Source of the DNA: Patescibacteria group bacterium
GTDB lineage: Bacteria > Patescibacteriota > Microgenomatia > UBA8517
Length of the DNA stretch: 64,000 nt
Assembly (NCBI GenBank): GCA_035291665.1
Contig: DATDRP010000001.1
Location: 2,569-66,568 of the forward strand
Direction: 5' to 3'
Part shown: in pieces, positions 18,505 through 28,419 of the stretch
Layout of the letters: every line of letters begins with the position of its first letter
How positions within the stretch are numbered: position 1 is the first letter of the stretch
Notes under the pieces: generated by a model
Told to the model about the DNA's origin: nothing
Seen by the model: only the letters and a program-made list of their open reading frames with translations
The model's database searches: none
Translations under genes and position numbers: made by a program

Positions 18505-18966
18505 TTATTGTTGTAGCTTCAGATCTAATGGTTTTGGAGTTGGAGTGTTTGTAGGTTTGAGTTTCAAATCCTGATCTCCAAGTTTGAATGTGGGTTTGGC
18601 TTGAATCTTGGTCGGTGTAGGTGTTTGCGTTTGAAGATTACCCGAAGCAGTCGAGGTGGGTGTCGGAGTTTGGGTTGGTGTAACCAAAAATTGGTCCGTT
18701 TCACCGAGGGTGTTAAGAGTGGATGTGGGTGTCGGCAGGTTTTCGGTTTTTTTATCAGTCGATTTGGATCCGAAGAAATAAGCACCCCCGCCAACGATAA
18801 CCAGTATCAGGAAGAATATTATTCCAAGAAGCGCTTTATTAATTCCTTCTGAATTTTGATTATCGGTATTGTCCGGAGCAGATTCTTGAGCGGGTACGAT
18901 TTGTTCGTCTTCCATATCTGGGAAACATAATAATATAGTTTTTTCGAATAGGCAAGAGGGGATCAA
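18505..18966 (-). CDS. membrane-anchored Pro/Thr-rich hypothetical protein
   Basis: A single TM (LLGIIFFLILVIVGGGAYFF) followed by TPTPT-type repeats. Confidence 0.4.
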   Translation of the reverse strand: MIPSCLFEKTILLCFPDMEDEQIVPAQESAPDNTDNQNSEGINKALLGIIFFLILVIVGGGAYFFGSKSTDKKTENLPTPTSTLNTLGETDQFLVTPTQTPTPTSTASGNLQTQTPTPTKIQAKPTFKLGDQDLKLKPTNTPTPKPLDLKLQQ

Positions 18967-18983
18967 TAATGGGAATATAGAGA

Positions 18984-19805
18984 TTAGAGACCGGGAAGCC
19001 TGAATATTTGAATTCCGAACAAATTAAGCACATAGGCCGAAAAGATGATAAGAAACAGTCCGGAGACCGCAGCTGTCAAAAGACTTTTTGCGGCTTTGAT
19101 TTTGTTTGGATCTCCTCCGGAAGTGGCAAACTGGAATCCTGAATATACAATTAATAGGAATGTGATTCCTCCACCGATTCCGAGCGACCACCGTAAAACG
19201 AAAATTATGAGCTGAAGTGTGTCATTTGCCGGAATACAACCGATAGCTGAGTTTATTCCAATCACACCCAACGCCCACCCCGGAGTACACAATGTCGTCA
19301 TTGCAGGTCTTGGAATGTTTGGAACCGTAGTTAGTGGAAGACAGTAAGCATTGCATTCGTTTAAATTCGCAAAACAATTGCCGGTATTGGGGGCGCAGGA
19401 AAAGGGAGCTTCAATACATGCATCATAGGAAACTGCACCGCCCGGATTGGCACATAAATATCTTCTTGGTATCGGAGTTGGGGTGGGTGTATTGGTTGGA
19501 CCCGGTGTTGGGGTGGGAGTGTTTGTGGGACCGGGTGGACCGCCGCATGGTCTACAACCATTGGCAACGGAATTTGAACATCCGCCAACTTCACAATCTA
19601 ATGGTCCAATTCCTCCGGAAAGGTTACCGCACCTACAAATACAGCAGACTTCTCCTCCTCCGCACGACCAGCATCCACCCCACCCATCATTTATACAAGC
19701 ATTAACATCGCACGATTGAGCATTAGTAATTGTTGGCAATTTCACAAAAAAGAAAGAAATAAAAATGAATAAAATCAACACACTCCTGAAGAACATTCCT
19801 TTCAT
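18984..19805 (-). CDS. Cys-rich secreted protein with C-terminal VirB2/TrbC-like (T4SS pilin-like) domain
   Basis: Signal peptide, then a ~100-aa Cys-rich module, then a PT linker. The C-terminus LRWSLGIGGGITFLLIVYSGFQFATSGGDPNKIKAAKSLLTAAVSGLFLIIFSAYVL resembles the two-helix VirB2/TrbC pilin core with its TSGGDP..K.AK motif. Confidence 0.45.
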   Translation of the reverse strand: MKGMFFRSVLILFIFISFFFVKLPTITNAQSCDVNACINDGWGGCWSCGGGEVCCICRCGNLSGGIGPLDCEVGGCSNSVANGCRPCGGPPGPTNTPTPTPGPTNTPTPTPIPRRYLCANPGGAVSYDACIEAPFSCAPNTGNCFANLNECNAYCLPLTTVPNIPRPAMTTLCTPGWALGVIGINSAIGCIPANDTLQLIIFVLRWSLGIGGGITFLLIVYSGFQFATSGGDPNKIKAAKSLLTAAVSGLFLIIFSAYVLNLFGIQIFRLPGL

Positions 19806-19948
19806 TAATAAAATTCTAACATTTTTACACTAACCTTTGCGAGAATGTTTCGCAGTTGACAGAAGTGTGGAGTTGCGCCTATCATCGATAACCCGCAGCT
19901 GCTCCTTGGGGGATACTATTGTAATAATCTGAATAAAAATTAAAAATC

Positions 19949-20509
19949 ATGATAGAAGTATTCTTTGAATTCTTACTTCAAATATATTACCAAAAACCAA
20001 TTGTAAAAAATGTACATGAAGAATTGGTTATTGAGAGTAATAATATTAGCAGACCGTTTCCGTTAAACTTAAATGACGAAGGAAAATATTTTAATGGTAA
20101 CTCGGGGTTTACCCACCCTGAGGGAGTCACGGCGTACAATACGGCATCAGACAAAATTATTGAGAAAGTTTCAGAAACTGCTGTTGAAAAGTCTCCGGTA
20201 TTGGTTGAGTGCGGTATAAATATAGAAAAATGTGTACGCTTTCCAACCCCGACATTATCTTATCCAACCTTATATCCCACAGCTTATCCCACTCATAGAC
20301 TTCTTCCGACAATATTGCCTGAACCAACAATTTATCCGACCTTGCCACCCGAACCGGAGCCATCAATTCCGCCAATAATTATTGATCCTCCGGAAATAGT
20401 ACCCATTCCGCCTTATCCTATTTGTCCGCCCGAATATTTAGTGCAACATGCCAATGGCAGCAAGTTAACAGATTCTATGATTTGTTTAGATTACTCGTCT
20501 TTCAATTAA
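19949..20509 (+). CDS. Pro-rich hypothetical protein
   Basis: 186-aa ORF with PTLSYPTLYPTAYPT and PEPEPSIPP repeats. Confidence 0.35.
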   Translation: MIEVFFEFLLQIYYQKPIVKNVHEELVIESNNISRPFPLNLNDEGKYFNGNSGFTHPEGVTAYNTASDKIIEKVSETAVEKSPVLVECGINIEKCVRFPTPTLSYPTLYPTAYPTHRLLPTILPEPTIYPTLPPEPEPSIPPIIIDPPEIVPIPPYPICPPEYLVQHANGSKLTDSMICLDYSSFN

Positions 20510-20575
20510 TGCGGGATTTGACCGATTCATCCTTTACATATTGACAACGTCTACCAATAGTAATGAAATAAGTTA

Positions 20576-21259
20576 ATGCCCCGATATAAATCGAAAAAGA
20601 CTGGTGCTGCGAGATTGTCTTTTAACTCATTCATTATATTGGGAGCGTTGGTGGTACTTGCTGCTACAATTATATTTTTTCGTTTAAATGTTTTTGCATC
20701 ATCAAGCGCACGAGTTGGCAAAGGGGGAGGCACGGTTACGCCTGCACCTTTACCGACTCCTGTTGCAGGTGAACTTCTCACAAATGCTTCCTTTGAATTT
20801 AATACCGACGCGGACAGCCAAACTCCCGATGGTTGGCTTCAACACTATGATCAACCCAACAGACTGGCCAAAGTTGTTTGCGACTCTGGCCATAGCGGCA
20901 ACTGTTCTTATTATGTTGACGGAAAACATTCAAATGCTATAAAACAATATGTTACCTATTCGGCTCCAGCCGGCAGCTTGGTTACGGTTTCGGGGTGGGG
21001 TAAGGGTAAAAATGTAGCCGATAATACGAACGCTTCAGAGGGATCGTTTTGGGTTCAAGCATGGATCCATTACACGGACGGATCAACAGAATATGGCCTT
21101 CATGCAGATTTTGCAAATGGTACGCATCCATTTCAATATGCAACGAAATCATTTACGGCAGGTAAACCTGTTGAGGGATTCACATACTTTGTAAAGTTCA
21201 CAAAGACAGGATATGCTTGGCTTGATGATGTGAGTCTTACTGTAAACACACCCCAATAA
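20576..21259 (+). CDS. membrane-anchored secreted protein, possible carbohydrate-binding jelly-roll domain
   Basis: N-terminal TM anchor. The body (ELLTNASFEFNTDADSQTPDGWLQHYD..) resembles CBM4/9-like modules (weak). Confidence 0.4.
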   Translation: MPRYKSKKTGAARLSFNSFIILGALVVLAATIIFFRLNVFASSSARVGKGGGTVTPAPLPTPVAGELLTNASFEFNTDADSQTPDGWLQHYDQPNRLAKVVCDSGHSGNCSYYVDGKHSNAIKQYVTYSAPAGSLVTVSGWGKGKNVADNTNASEGSFWVQAWIHYTDGSTEYGLHADFANGTHPFQYATKSFTAGKPVEGFTYFVKFTKTGYAWLDDVSLTVNTPQ

Positions 21260-21280
21260 CTTTCAGAAGTTTTGACAGCG

Positions 21281-21354
21281 TTCAAGAAAACCACCGAGTC
21301 TGATCGAGTCAAACTCGACAACCAAGTCAGACTTGGCTCGGGGGAGGATGTCAT
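21281..21354. repeat. intergenic double-hairpin repeat, family A (short variant)
   Basis: ttcaagaaaaccaccgagtctga - palindrome tcgagtcaaactcga - .. ctcggg - ggaggatgtcat. Confidence 0.6.
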
Positions 21355-21415
21355 AAATAAAAAGTATTATACGAATTGTAGTCGTTCGGATTAGTTGGTG
21401 CTATGATGAAAATAT

Positions 21416-22660
21416 ATGCTTCGAAAAGCTGAAACGGCTGTAATAGGTGATCCTGTATGGAGGAGAATTATTACTTTATCACTAATTTTATTTTTCCTTT
21501 TGTTATCTGATGCAATATTATCAACGTGGGTTCCTCAATTGATTGAATCAACATTCGAGAGTTCGATAGTAATGGGTTTTGTCATGAGCTTTTCGTCGGT
21601 CGTCGGTTTCGGGGCTGACCTTATCTTTCCCCAGCTTTTCAAAGGAATAAACTTCAAAAAGTTACTTTTTATGGCAATAATTGCCTCAATTGCTTTTTCA
21701 CTTACATTAATAAGTGCAACGATGATTCCTTTTGTTTTAATTTTTCTTATCTCAATGGCTATTTGGGGTATTTATTATGAAATCGTCGGTTTTGCAAACC
21801 ATCAGTTTGTTGCTGATAGCGTTCCTGTCCGCATGCATGCATCCACTTGGGCATTTATGGGTGTTTTTAAAAATCTGGCATATTTTTTGGGTCCGCTTCT
21901 TGCAGGACTTCTGGTAATGACGAATGCTCAATCTCCCGCATATGTTGCAATCGTTTTTACAATTATTGCTTTAATAATTCTTCTATTATCAAAAAAACAT
22001 CACGAACGGCCGGTTTCGATCGAGATAGATAAAATCAGCCTTCGATGCGAGATGGAGCATTGGGTGGTTTTATTCAGAAAAGTCTGGCCGGTGCTGGTTG
22101 TCGGAATAATCATGGGAATTGTTGATGCTTTCTTTTGGACAGCCGGTGCGGTTTATACAGAAGATCTGGCAAAAATTAGTATTTGGGGAAAATGGTTTCT
22201 TCCCATGTATACGCTACCTGCTCTTTTCATCGGATTTGTAGTTGCAAAAAAGGGAATAATAAACGGCAAGAAGAAAACCGCATTAAAGTTTTTTCTACTG
22301 TCGGGAATTTTCCTGGCGATGATGAATGTTTTTGAAAATGTTGAATGGCAGTTGCTGGTTGTATTTTGTTCCAGTTTTGCATTATCGATTTCCTATCCTT
22401 TGATCGAAGGAGTTTATTCTGATATTGTTCTTCGGATGGGACGCCAAAGAAAACATATGATCGGGTTATGCTCTTCAACAACAAGTATTTCGTATATAGT
22501 AGGACCGATTATTGCCGGTATAACTGCATCAGTATTGGGGAACGTATTAACTTTTGTTTACTTAGGATATTTTGTTGCCGCGGTCGCTTTAATTTTGTTT
22601 GCCTTAACACCAAAAAAACTTAAACTTCCCCAAGTTGAGATAAAGAAATGGAAGGATTAA
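21416..22660 (+). CDS. MFS-type transporter (~12 TM helices)
   Basis: 414 aa of hydrophobic helices in a 6+6 arrangement with a central loop. Confidence 0.5.
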   Translation: MLRKAETAVIGDPVWRRIITLSLILFFLLLSDAILSTWVPQLIESTFESSIVMGFVMSFSSVVGFGADLIFPQLFKGINFKKLLFMAIIASIAFSLTLISATMIPFVLIFLISMAIWGIYYEIVGFANHQFVADSVPVRMHASTWAFMGVFKNLAYFLGPLLAGLLVMTNAQSPAYVAIVFTIIALIILLLSKKHHERPVSIEIDKISLRCEMEHWVVLFRKVWPVLVVGIIMGIVDAFFWTAGAVYTEDLAKISIWGKWFLPMYTLPALFIGFVVAKKGIINGKKKTALKFFLLSGIFLAMMNVFENVEWQLLVVFCSSFALSISYPLIEGVYSDIVLRMGRQRKHMIGLCSSTTSISYIVGPIIAGITASVLGNVLTFVYLGYFVAAVALILFALTPKKLKLPQVEIKKWKD

Positions 22661-22666
22661 TTCGAA

Positions 22667-23398
22667 GTGATCATATTCAAATTTATCAAAAACATAATTC
22701 TGGCAGTCATTATAATAGCAATACTTACGGTTCCGATTTGTGTCTATTTTGTGAAGTTTAATTCAGAGTCTTTTTTGGGAGAAAACCTTAAAAAAGTTGT
22801 GATGCAAAATAATTTTCTGATCGGATTTATGAATCTGGATTCTCCCGGAGATGCGAGATTCTTATATCTCAAACCGGACGGTAAGAGCATATCTGTGAGA
22901 ATTATACCGGTTAATTCAAAGATGCCTGATTTGGATGCGGATCTTTGGGTGAATGAAATGATTTCTCAAACTTTAAATAAAGACGCAGAAATTTCTGTAA
23001 CAAACAATGTTGATTATCCGGTTAATGACCATCTGAAAGATGGGGATCTGAACAACCTTCACAACTTGGTTAAAAAGAATGATGCGGCTGATTTATATAT
23101 AATTTATACAAGTTCATATAATGAGATTCCTTCATCCGTAGGTCTTGTGTTGCATCGCGATACGATATTCATTTTTAAAGATGCAATTGACGGATTAACG
23201 GAAAAAGGCGTTATAAAAGATGTTTTGGAACGGACAACGATAATGCATGAGTGGGGACACTTGCTGGGAATGGATCATGTTTCTGATGAAAAGTGCATCA
23301 TGGATGAACAAGCTGATGTCTATGACACGCCGCCGCTTGGTAAAAAACTCCCAACCGAGTATTGTTGGGAAGAACTCCAAAGTCTTGATCAGTCATGA
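22667..23398 (+). CDS. metzincin-family zinc metalloprotease, membrane-anchored
   Basis: HEWGHLLGMDH (HExxHxxGxxH), then a Cys/Met-containing segment CIMDE..YCWEE. N-terminal TM. Confidence 0.55.
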   Translation: MIIFKFIKNIILAVIIIAILTVPICVYFVKFNSESFLGENLKKVVMQNNFLIGFMNLDSPGDARFLYLKPDGKSISVRIIPVNSKMPDLDADLWVNEMISQTLNKDAEISVTNNVDYPVNDHLKDGDLNNLHNLVKKNDAADLYIIYTSSYNEIPSSVGLVLHRDTIFIFKDAIDGLTEKGVIKDVLERTTIMHEWGHLLGMDHVSDEKCIMDEQADVYDTPPLGKKLPTEYCWEELQSLDQS

Positions 23399-23417
23399 TA
23401 AATCTTATTACCGATCA

Positions 23418-23810
23418 TCAGCCACCGAAGAAGGGTTTATCTTTTTTTGATGGCGGTCCATCTTCCCAAACATTTGAAGTTGTCGGGTAGGGGGATGCAG
23501 TTACCGGAGTTGGGGAGATTGTCAAAGCAGGATATGTAAACGTAGTAGTAGGGGTTGAGGTTGGCACAACAGAACCGCTTTTAAGCTTTGGATATAGAGT
23601 GGGCGATGGGGTGTTAGTTTGTGGCGAACCTGTTTCGGGTATCGTTGGAATATTCTCTTCGGACTTGTTGTTTTCAGATAAATTTACTTTTGATAGTCTG
23701 GTTATTAAGTCTTTAAGATAGTGCGGCTTGTAAATCGAAACAATAAATAAAACAACTAGCGTCAAAAATATGATTACAAGTAGCGGAGCGAATCCATTTT
23801 GTTTCATCAT
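23418..23810 (-). CDS. membrane-anchored Pro/Thr-rich hypothetical protein
   Basis: N-terminal TM plus PT-rich tail. Confidence 0.4.
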   Translation of the reverse strand: MMKQNGFAPLLVIIFLTLVVLFIVSIYKPHYLKDLITRLSKVNLSENNKSEENIPTIPETGSPQTNTPSPTLYPKLKSGSVVPTSTPTTTFTYPALTISPTPVTASPYPTTSNVWEDGPPSKKDKPFFGG

Positions 23811-23965
23811 TTTATCTTAACACCATACGGGGGAGTTAATCATTCTTATCAAATGTGTATTTCAAACTCCCATACATCCTGCATAGAGGCTCCGTGTTTT
23901 TACGTTTTGGGAAAGAAAGTGGTTTTTCACCCGTGGGGTGGCATATTCACCCTTGGAAAGTGAAC

Positions 23966-24604
23966 TTAAATATCTATGTTTCGGAGAAATGCCTTCGCGT
24001 CCTTATTATGAACTTTAAGTGCAGATTTAAAAGGTTGGATAAGGTATTCAGCTATAGCGGTTTTAACACCCAACTGATCTAAATCTTCAAGAATTTTCAA
24101 ACGGCCATTTGACAAATCGCTCATTTCTTTAGGTAAATCACGTGTTTTTCCTGGTAAACGGAAAAGTTCAACACCAGCCTCCCTTCCGATTAATGAATAA
24201 TCATCCGGGTCTCGGGTAAATGTAAGTCTTCGCAACCCGTCTTTTTTAGTTGGTATAAGAATTCCAATATCGCTTATTCTAACGGGTTCATCGCTTTTGC
24301 TTGTAAAACAAAGGTCGCTTAGATAAAATTCAGTACGCTGAAAACGGTTATTATTAGTGATAATTCTATAAGCCGAACCCGACAAACAGTTCTTAATAGG
24401 TGGTAAAGATTTTCCTAAGTTACCTTCTAAAATTTCATGTAATTTTTCCAAACCCTGAGCATTTGAAGCTTCCATCAGGTCATTAGTAGTCACATTTATA
24501 GCAGTAGCATCCAATGACGTTTGAGCATCAATTTGATAGCCGGTCGCGGGAGTGTTGTTATGTTTTAATGTCAAACGTCTTATTATTTCTTTAAGCATAA
24601 ACAA
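23966..24604 (-). CDS. hypothetical protein
   Basis: 212-aa ORF divergent from rpoD. Confidence 0.4.
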   Translation of the reverse strand: MFMLKEIIRRLTLKHNNTPATGYQIDAQTSLDATAINVTTNDLMEASNAQGLEKLHEILEGNLGKSLPPIKNCLSGSAYRIITNNNRFQRTEFYLSDLCFTSKSDEPVRISDIGILIPTKKDGLRRLTFTRDPDDYSLIGREAGVELFRLPGKTRDLPKEMSDLSNGRLKILEDLDQLGVKTAIAEYLIQPFKSALKVHNKDAKAFLRNIDI

Positions 24605-24801
24605 TAATTACAAAATACCTATAATTTATTTATATTGAGACGGATTATAACAGATTATTAATGAGTATTTTGAAGATGAAATTTTACACACTAATAAGTT
24701 CGTATCTATTATAAGATTTTGTGTTGTTGCTGAAGTTGTTGATTTGGATTTATAATATCTGGAATGTAAGATCTGCCTCATTTGTTTTGATTTGTATTAC
24801 C

Positions 24802-26088
24802 ATGGAACACGAACCCAACGGCTATGGTGTTTTTGATCTAAAACTTTTCACCCCCGACGTTATTAGAAATTTGCAGACTGAAGAAATTCCTGTAATTTTA
24901 TCAGAACTTAATAAAAAAGATTTGAGAAAAGTTATTGGTCTTCTTTCAGAAAACGGATTTGAACCGGACGAACTTCAAGAATATATTGGTATAGCGAAAG
25001 ATATTAGAAGAGGGAGAATTGAGACTGTGACGACCCGGGATGAAGAGACGTTCGAAGAGGATGAGGAACTATTAATATATGAAGGAATCCCTCAAGCTGA
25101 CGATACTGAAGTTACCGGAGTATGCCGTAATGAAGTTGACAATATTGCGCCGGACGATGTAATCGGGCAAATGCTTAAAAGTGCAAACCATTCGATTTTA
25201 ACTGAAGCGCAGGAATTTGAACTAACGACACGTATGCGTAAAAGTAAAGATGAAATTGATAGATTAAGATCAAAAGTTACAAGGAATTCGAAAGAGCAGG
25301 AATTGCTTCAAAGCAATATTGAAATTTTTATGACCACAAGAGATATTGTTATGGCTCATAATTATAGACTGACTGTTTCGATTGCAAAAAAGTATAGGGG
25401 TAGGGGGGTTCTTTTTGCGGATCTTATTCAACTGGGTAGTGATGGTCTTCATGTTGCCTGCGAAAAATTTGAGCCGGATAAACGCTTCAAATTTTCTACC
25501 TATGCAACCTGGTGGATTCGGCAGAGGATAACGCGGGGTATTGCGGAACAGTCACGAACCATTCGTGTACCAGTTCATTATTTTGATCATATCCAAAAAA
25601 CGTATAGGGTGACGCAACAATTACAACAGACTACAAGGTTGCGCGAAGGTAGGGATCCAACTATCGCAGAGATAGCTAAAGCACTGGAAACGACTGAACA
25701 AGATGTACAAGATGTTTTCTTGATCGCACAACCACCATCAAGTCTTGAAGAGCCATTGGATACAGAATCATCCGACTCGTCCGAATTTGGCGATTATATT
25801 GAAGACACAATTCCTTCGTTAGAGCAGCAAACAGAGAAAAATATTCTGAAAGAAAAAGTACACGACGCCCTGAATCACCTGGATGAGAGATTGGCTTTGA
25901 TTATCGCCCTTCGGTATGGAATTGAATATCAAGGGAGAAATGTTTATTATCCGGGAACTGAATCACACACTCTTGAGGAAACGGGTGAATTTTTGCATAT
26001 TACACGCGAGCGTATCAGACAGTTGGAAGCAAAAGCTGAAAGTGAATTAAGAATATTATTGACTAAGCATGGTCTCAAAGACTATTAA
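24802..26088 (+). CDS. rpoD: RNA polymerase sigma-70 factor (primary sigma, RpoD-like); ORF is open back to GTG 24721 but ATG 24802 is the likelier start
   Basis: Region 2 ([41 protein letters not shown]), region 3, and region 4 ([26 protein letters not shown]) are all recognisable. Confidence 0.85.
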   Translation: MEHEPNGYGVFDLKLFTPDVIRNLQTEEIPVILSELNKKDLRKVIGLLSENGFEPDELQEYIGIAKDIRRGRIETVTTRDEETFEEDEELLIYEGIPQADDTEVTGVCRNEVDNIAPDDVIGQMLKSANHSILTEAQEFELTTRMRKSKDEIDRLRSKVTRNSKEQELLQSNIEIFMTTRDIVMAHNYRLTVSIAKKYRGRGVLFADLIQLGSDGLHVACEKFEPDKRFKFSTYATWWIRQRITRGIAEQSRTIRVPVHYFDHIQKTYRVTQQLQQTTRLREGRDPTIAEIAKALETTEQDVQDVFLIAQPPSSLEEPLDTESSDSSEFGDYIEDTIPSLEQQTEKNILKEKVHDALNHLDERLALIIALRYGIEYQGRNVYYPGTESHTLEETGEFLHITRERIRQLEAKAESELRILLTKHGLKDY

Positions 26089-26104
26089 GAAACATACTTA
26101 GTTT

Positions 26105-27574
26105 TTGATAAAAATAATGGAAAGAATTAGCGGAGAACATAGTGCGATTAACCTTCAACGCAAACCGACTGAGGCGGAGTTGTTGTGGCTTGATACAGCC
26201 CCCGCGGTAGATATATTAAAATCAAACCTTCTTTATAACCGTCAGGAAGTTCTTCCTCTATTCACAATCATAAAAGAGGATGTTGAGATAGATGAGAAAA
26301 ATAGGCGGGATATCCAGGCTGGTATTAAGCATCGCGGTCAAGCGAGCCCGATTGGCGTCAGACCTGTATTGGTTTCTGATGAAGAGTGGGAAAGTTTATG
26401 GAATTCACAGGATCCGGAAACAAAAGATTTGTTTCCCGAATATCGGCACCATCATGTTTTGTATGAGATTCACAATGGGTTTCACAGACGCAGCGTTTTA
26501 GAAGAAGAAAAGGCGCCAACAGTAGAGGCTTCAGTTTGGTACAACATGTCGGATGATGAGTTTGATGCTGAAAGGATTAAGGCAAGTTTGGAACATACAG
26601 TTAAATTTTCAAGGCTAGCCACTTGGATACGGGATGCATTTGCAAGGTCTCCCTGGGCTAACAGCGGTTTAAGAATTGATCAGATTTTTTCTTTAGCCGC
26701 AAACGACTCGTCCGGAAGGAATTTGATTAACAGATTCGATTTATTGGAGGCTGACATAAAAAATATGAAAAATTGGGCTAATCGAAAAGCTGAAGAATGG
26801 GAATCCTCAGTCGGCGCTTTATATCAGGACTTGAGTATTATTGTGAACCTTGACCCCGAGTTAATCAAAAAAATCAGGATCGGAGGCGGGGGTAGCAGGG
26901 GGAAAGGTGTCTTGAGCCCGGCTAGAGTGCGGGAGGTTGTGAAAGTCTTTAATCTCGATACGGATCCTTGTTATAAAATGCAAAACCTATTATGCGAATC
27001 AATTATCAATCACGATCTAAACGCAAAAGATTTGGAATTAGTTGCGCCGCTTACTATGATGTTTAAGGATAAAGAAGAAGTTTTACAAATGATATTTAAA
27101 GATCCGCATAATATTGTTCCTGAATATCTTGACCTGTTAACAGAAAGCGAGCAGGATGATCCAACAATTTCAAATTCCAATGAGGATAATCAAAAAACAT
27201 CTGCTGCCGGTCGAAGTATATTTTCTTATGGATCTTCCGGTGGTAATGGAGCTAATCATTATCACAGAAATCCCACGATTGAAGATTTGGAAGCGGAAAA
27301 TGAAGTGCTGAGAAAGAGGTTGGAGTTCAATCCCGGTACGGCTTCGACCGGTGAACTTAAACTGCTTAGGACAAAAAATATTTCAGTCGATGAGCAAAGA
27401 TTACTCGTAGAATTATTTATCGAAGGCAAGCCAATAAGGAAGATTGCGGAAGGTATGAATGTAACAACAAACAAAGTGTGGAGTCTTCTGAATAGTGTAA
27501 TTGTAAAGTTTGACCATGAAAACGAGATCCAACAGCTAAGAGACTTTTTCAATAAATCCAATAAAGATGAATAA
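26105..27574 (+). CDS. hypothetical protein with C-terminal sigma-70 region-4/LuxR-like HTH
   Basis: 489 aa starting 16 bp after the rpoD stop. C-terminal EQRLLVELFIEGKPIRKIAEGMNVTTNKVWSLLNSVIVKF. A coiled-coil-like segment precedes it (IEDLEAENEVLRKRLE). Confidence 0.45.
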   Translation: MIKIMERISGEHSAINLQRKPTEAELLWLDTAPAVDILKSNLLYNRQEVLPLFTIIKEDVEIDEKNRRDIQAGIKHRGQASPIGVRPVLVSDEEWESLWNSQDPETKDLFPEYRHHHVLYEIHNGFHRRSVLEEEKAPTVEASVWYNMSDDEFDAERIKASLEHTVKFSRLATWIRDAFARSPWANSGLRIDQIFSLAANDSSGRNLINRFDLLEADIKNMKNWANRKAEEWESSVGALYQDLSIIVNLDPELIKKIRIGGGGSRGKGVLSPARVREVVKVFNLDTDPCYKMQNLLCESIINHDLNAKDLELVAPLTMMFKDKEEVLQMIFKDPHNIVPEYLDLLTESEQDDPTISNSNEDNQKTSAAGRSIFSYGSSGGNGANHYHRNPTIEDLEAENEVLRKRLEFNPGTASTGELKLLRTKNISVDEQRLLVELFIEGKPIRKIAEGMNVTTNKVWSLLNSVIVKFDHENEIQQLRDFFNKSNKDE

Positions 27575-27638
27575 TAACTCATTTTTTCAATCCTGAATAT
27601 ACGGTTTCAGAAATTTACTGATTTAGAAAACCTACACT

Positions 27639-27676
27639 CCAAATTATTAAAAATAATTACGATCTTTTTACGCTCA
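27639..27676. repeat. family B intergenic repeat, partial (AT-palindrome half)
   Basis: ccaaattattaaaaataattacgatctttttacgctc contains the palindrome aattatt-aaa-aataatt. Confidence 0.5.
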
Positions 27677-27695
27677 TGATTGATATAATCAAATT

Positions 27696-28211
27696 ATGTT
27701 GACCAGGGAAGAAAGGAATTATTTAAAAAAGATTGATCCTTTACGAAAAGCAAATGTTTTTTCGTTTAATCCTAATGGAAAAAAGCTTGGTGACGAGATT
27801 GTTAAAAAGATAAGAAAGAGTTTTCCAAAAGCTGTAATTAAATTTATGGGGTCAGTTGCTTTGGGAATATCCGGGCAAATGGATGTTGATATTTATATTT
27901 TAGCTGACCCGAAGAACTTTGCTGATTATTTACCAGGTCTAGAAAAGTTATTCGGCGAACTGAATAAACAGGGTGATTATGTAAAAAAGCGTTTTGTCGA
28001 ATGGAAGTTTAAACAGGAAGGATATGATATTGAGATTTACCTAACCGAACCTCCAGATAGGCAGATAAAAGTTTATGATATTTTAAAATCAAATAAGAAG
28101 TTATTGAAAGAGTATGAGGAATTAAAGTGGAGATACAATGGCAAGAGTTATCGGGATTATCAAGAGGTGAAGTATATGTTTTATAACAAAATATTGAATA
28201 AAAATAAGTAA
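27696..28211 (+). CDS. GrpB-like / minimal nucleotidyltransferase-fold protein
   Basis: Pol-beta NTase signature G-S-x9-13-DhDh is present (KFMGSVALGISGQMDVDIYI). Its 171-aa length is compatible with the GrpB family. Confidence 0.45.
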   Translation: MLTREERNYLKKIDPLRKANVFSFNPNGKKLGDEIVKKIRKSFPKAVIKFMGSVALGISGQMDVDIYILADPKNFADYLPGLEKLFGELNKQGDYVKKRFVEWKFKQEGYDIEIYLTEPPDRQIKVYDILKSNKKLLKEYEELKWRYNGKSYRDYQEVKYMFYNKILNKNK

Positions 28212-28290
28212 AGAGCCTTAATCTTTTAAGTTCGAACATCCTTTCATCCATCCCTATTTTTTTGTGTAATTTTGAAGCTAAAATTTGTCA

Positions 28291-28384
28291 GCAGCCCTGG
28301 ATGTCGTAGATCCTGAGTGAAACCGAAGGAGAAAGTATACACACCAAATTATTTTTTCAAAATAATTACGAACTTTTTACGCTC
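28291..28384. repeat. family B intergenic repeat (full copy)
   Basis: gcagccctggatgtcgtagatcctgagtgaaaccgaaggagaaagtat .. ccaaattattttttcaaaataattacgaactttttacgctc. The inner palindrome is aattatttt-ttc-aaaataatt. Confidence 0.7.
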
Positions 28385-28419
28385 TAAATCTGGTTTGTGG
28401 ACTTTTAAATTAGTATCTA

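Noticed and set aside
19334-19719. Plus-strand ORFs (123 and 90 aa, GVGVG/PPH repeats) opposite the Cys-rich secreted protein gene
   Set aside because: Their repetitive composition is the reverse complement of the PT/Cys-rich coding sequence, and there is no RBS. The minus-strand gene has a signal peptide and domain logic.
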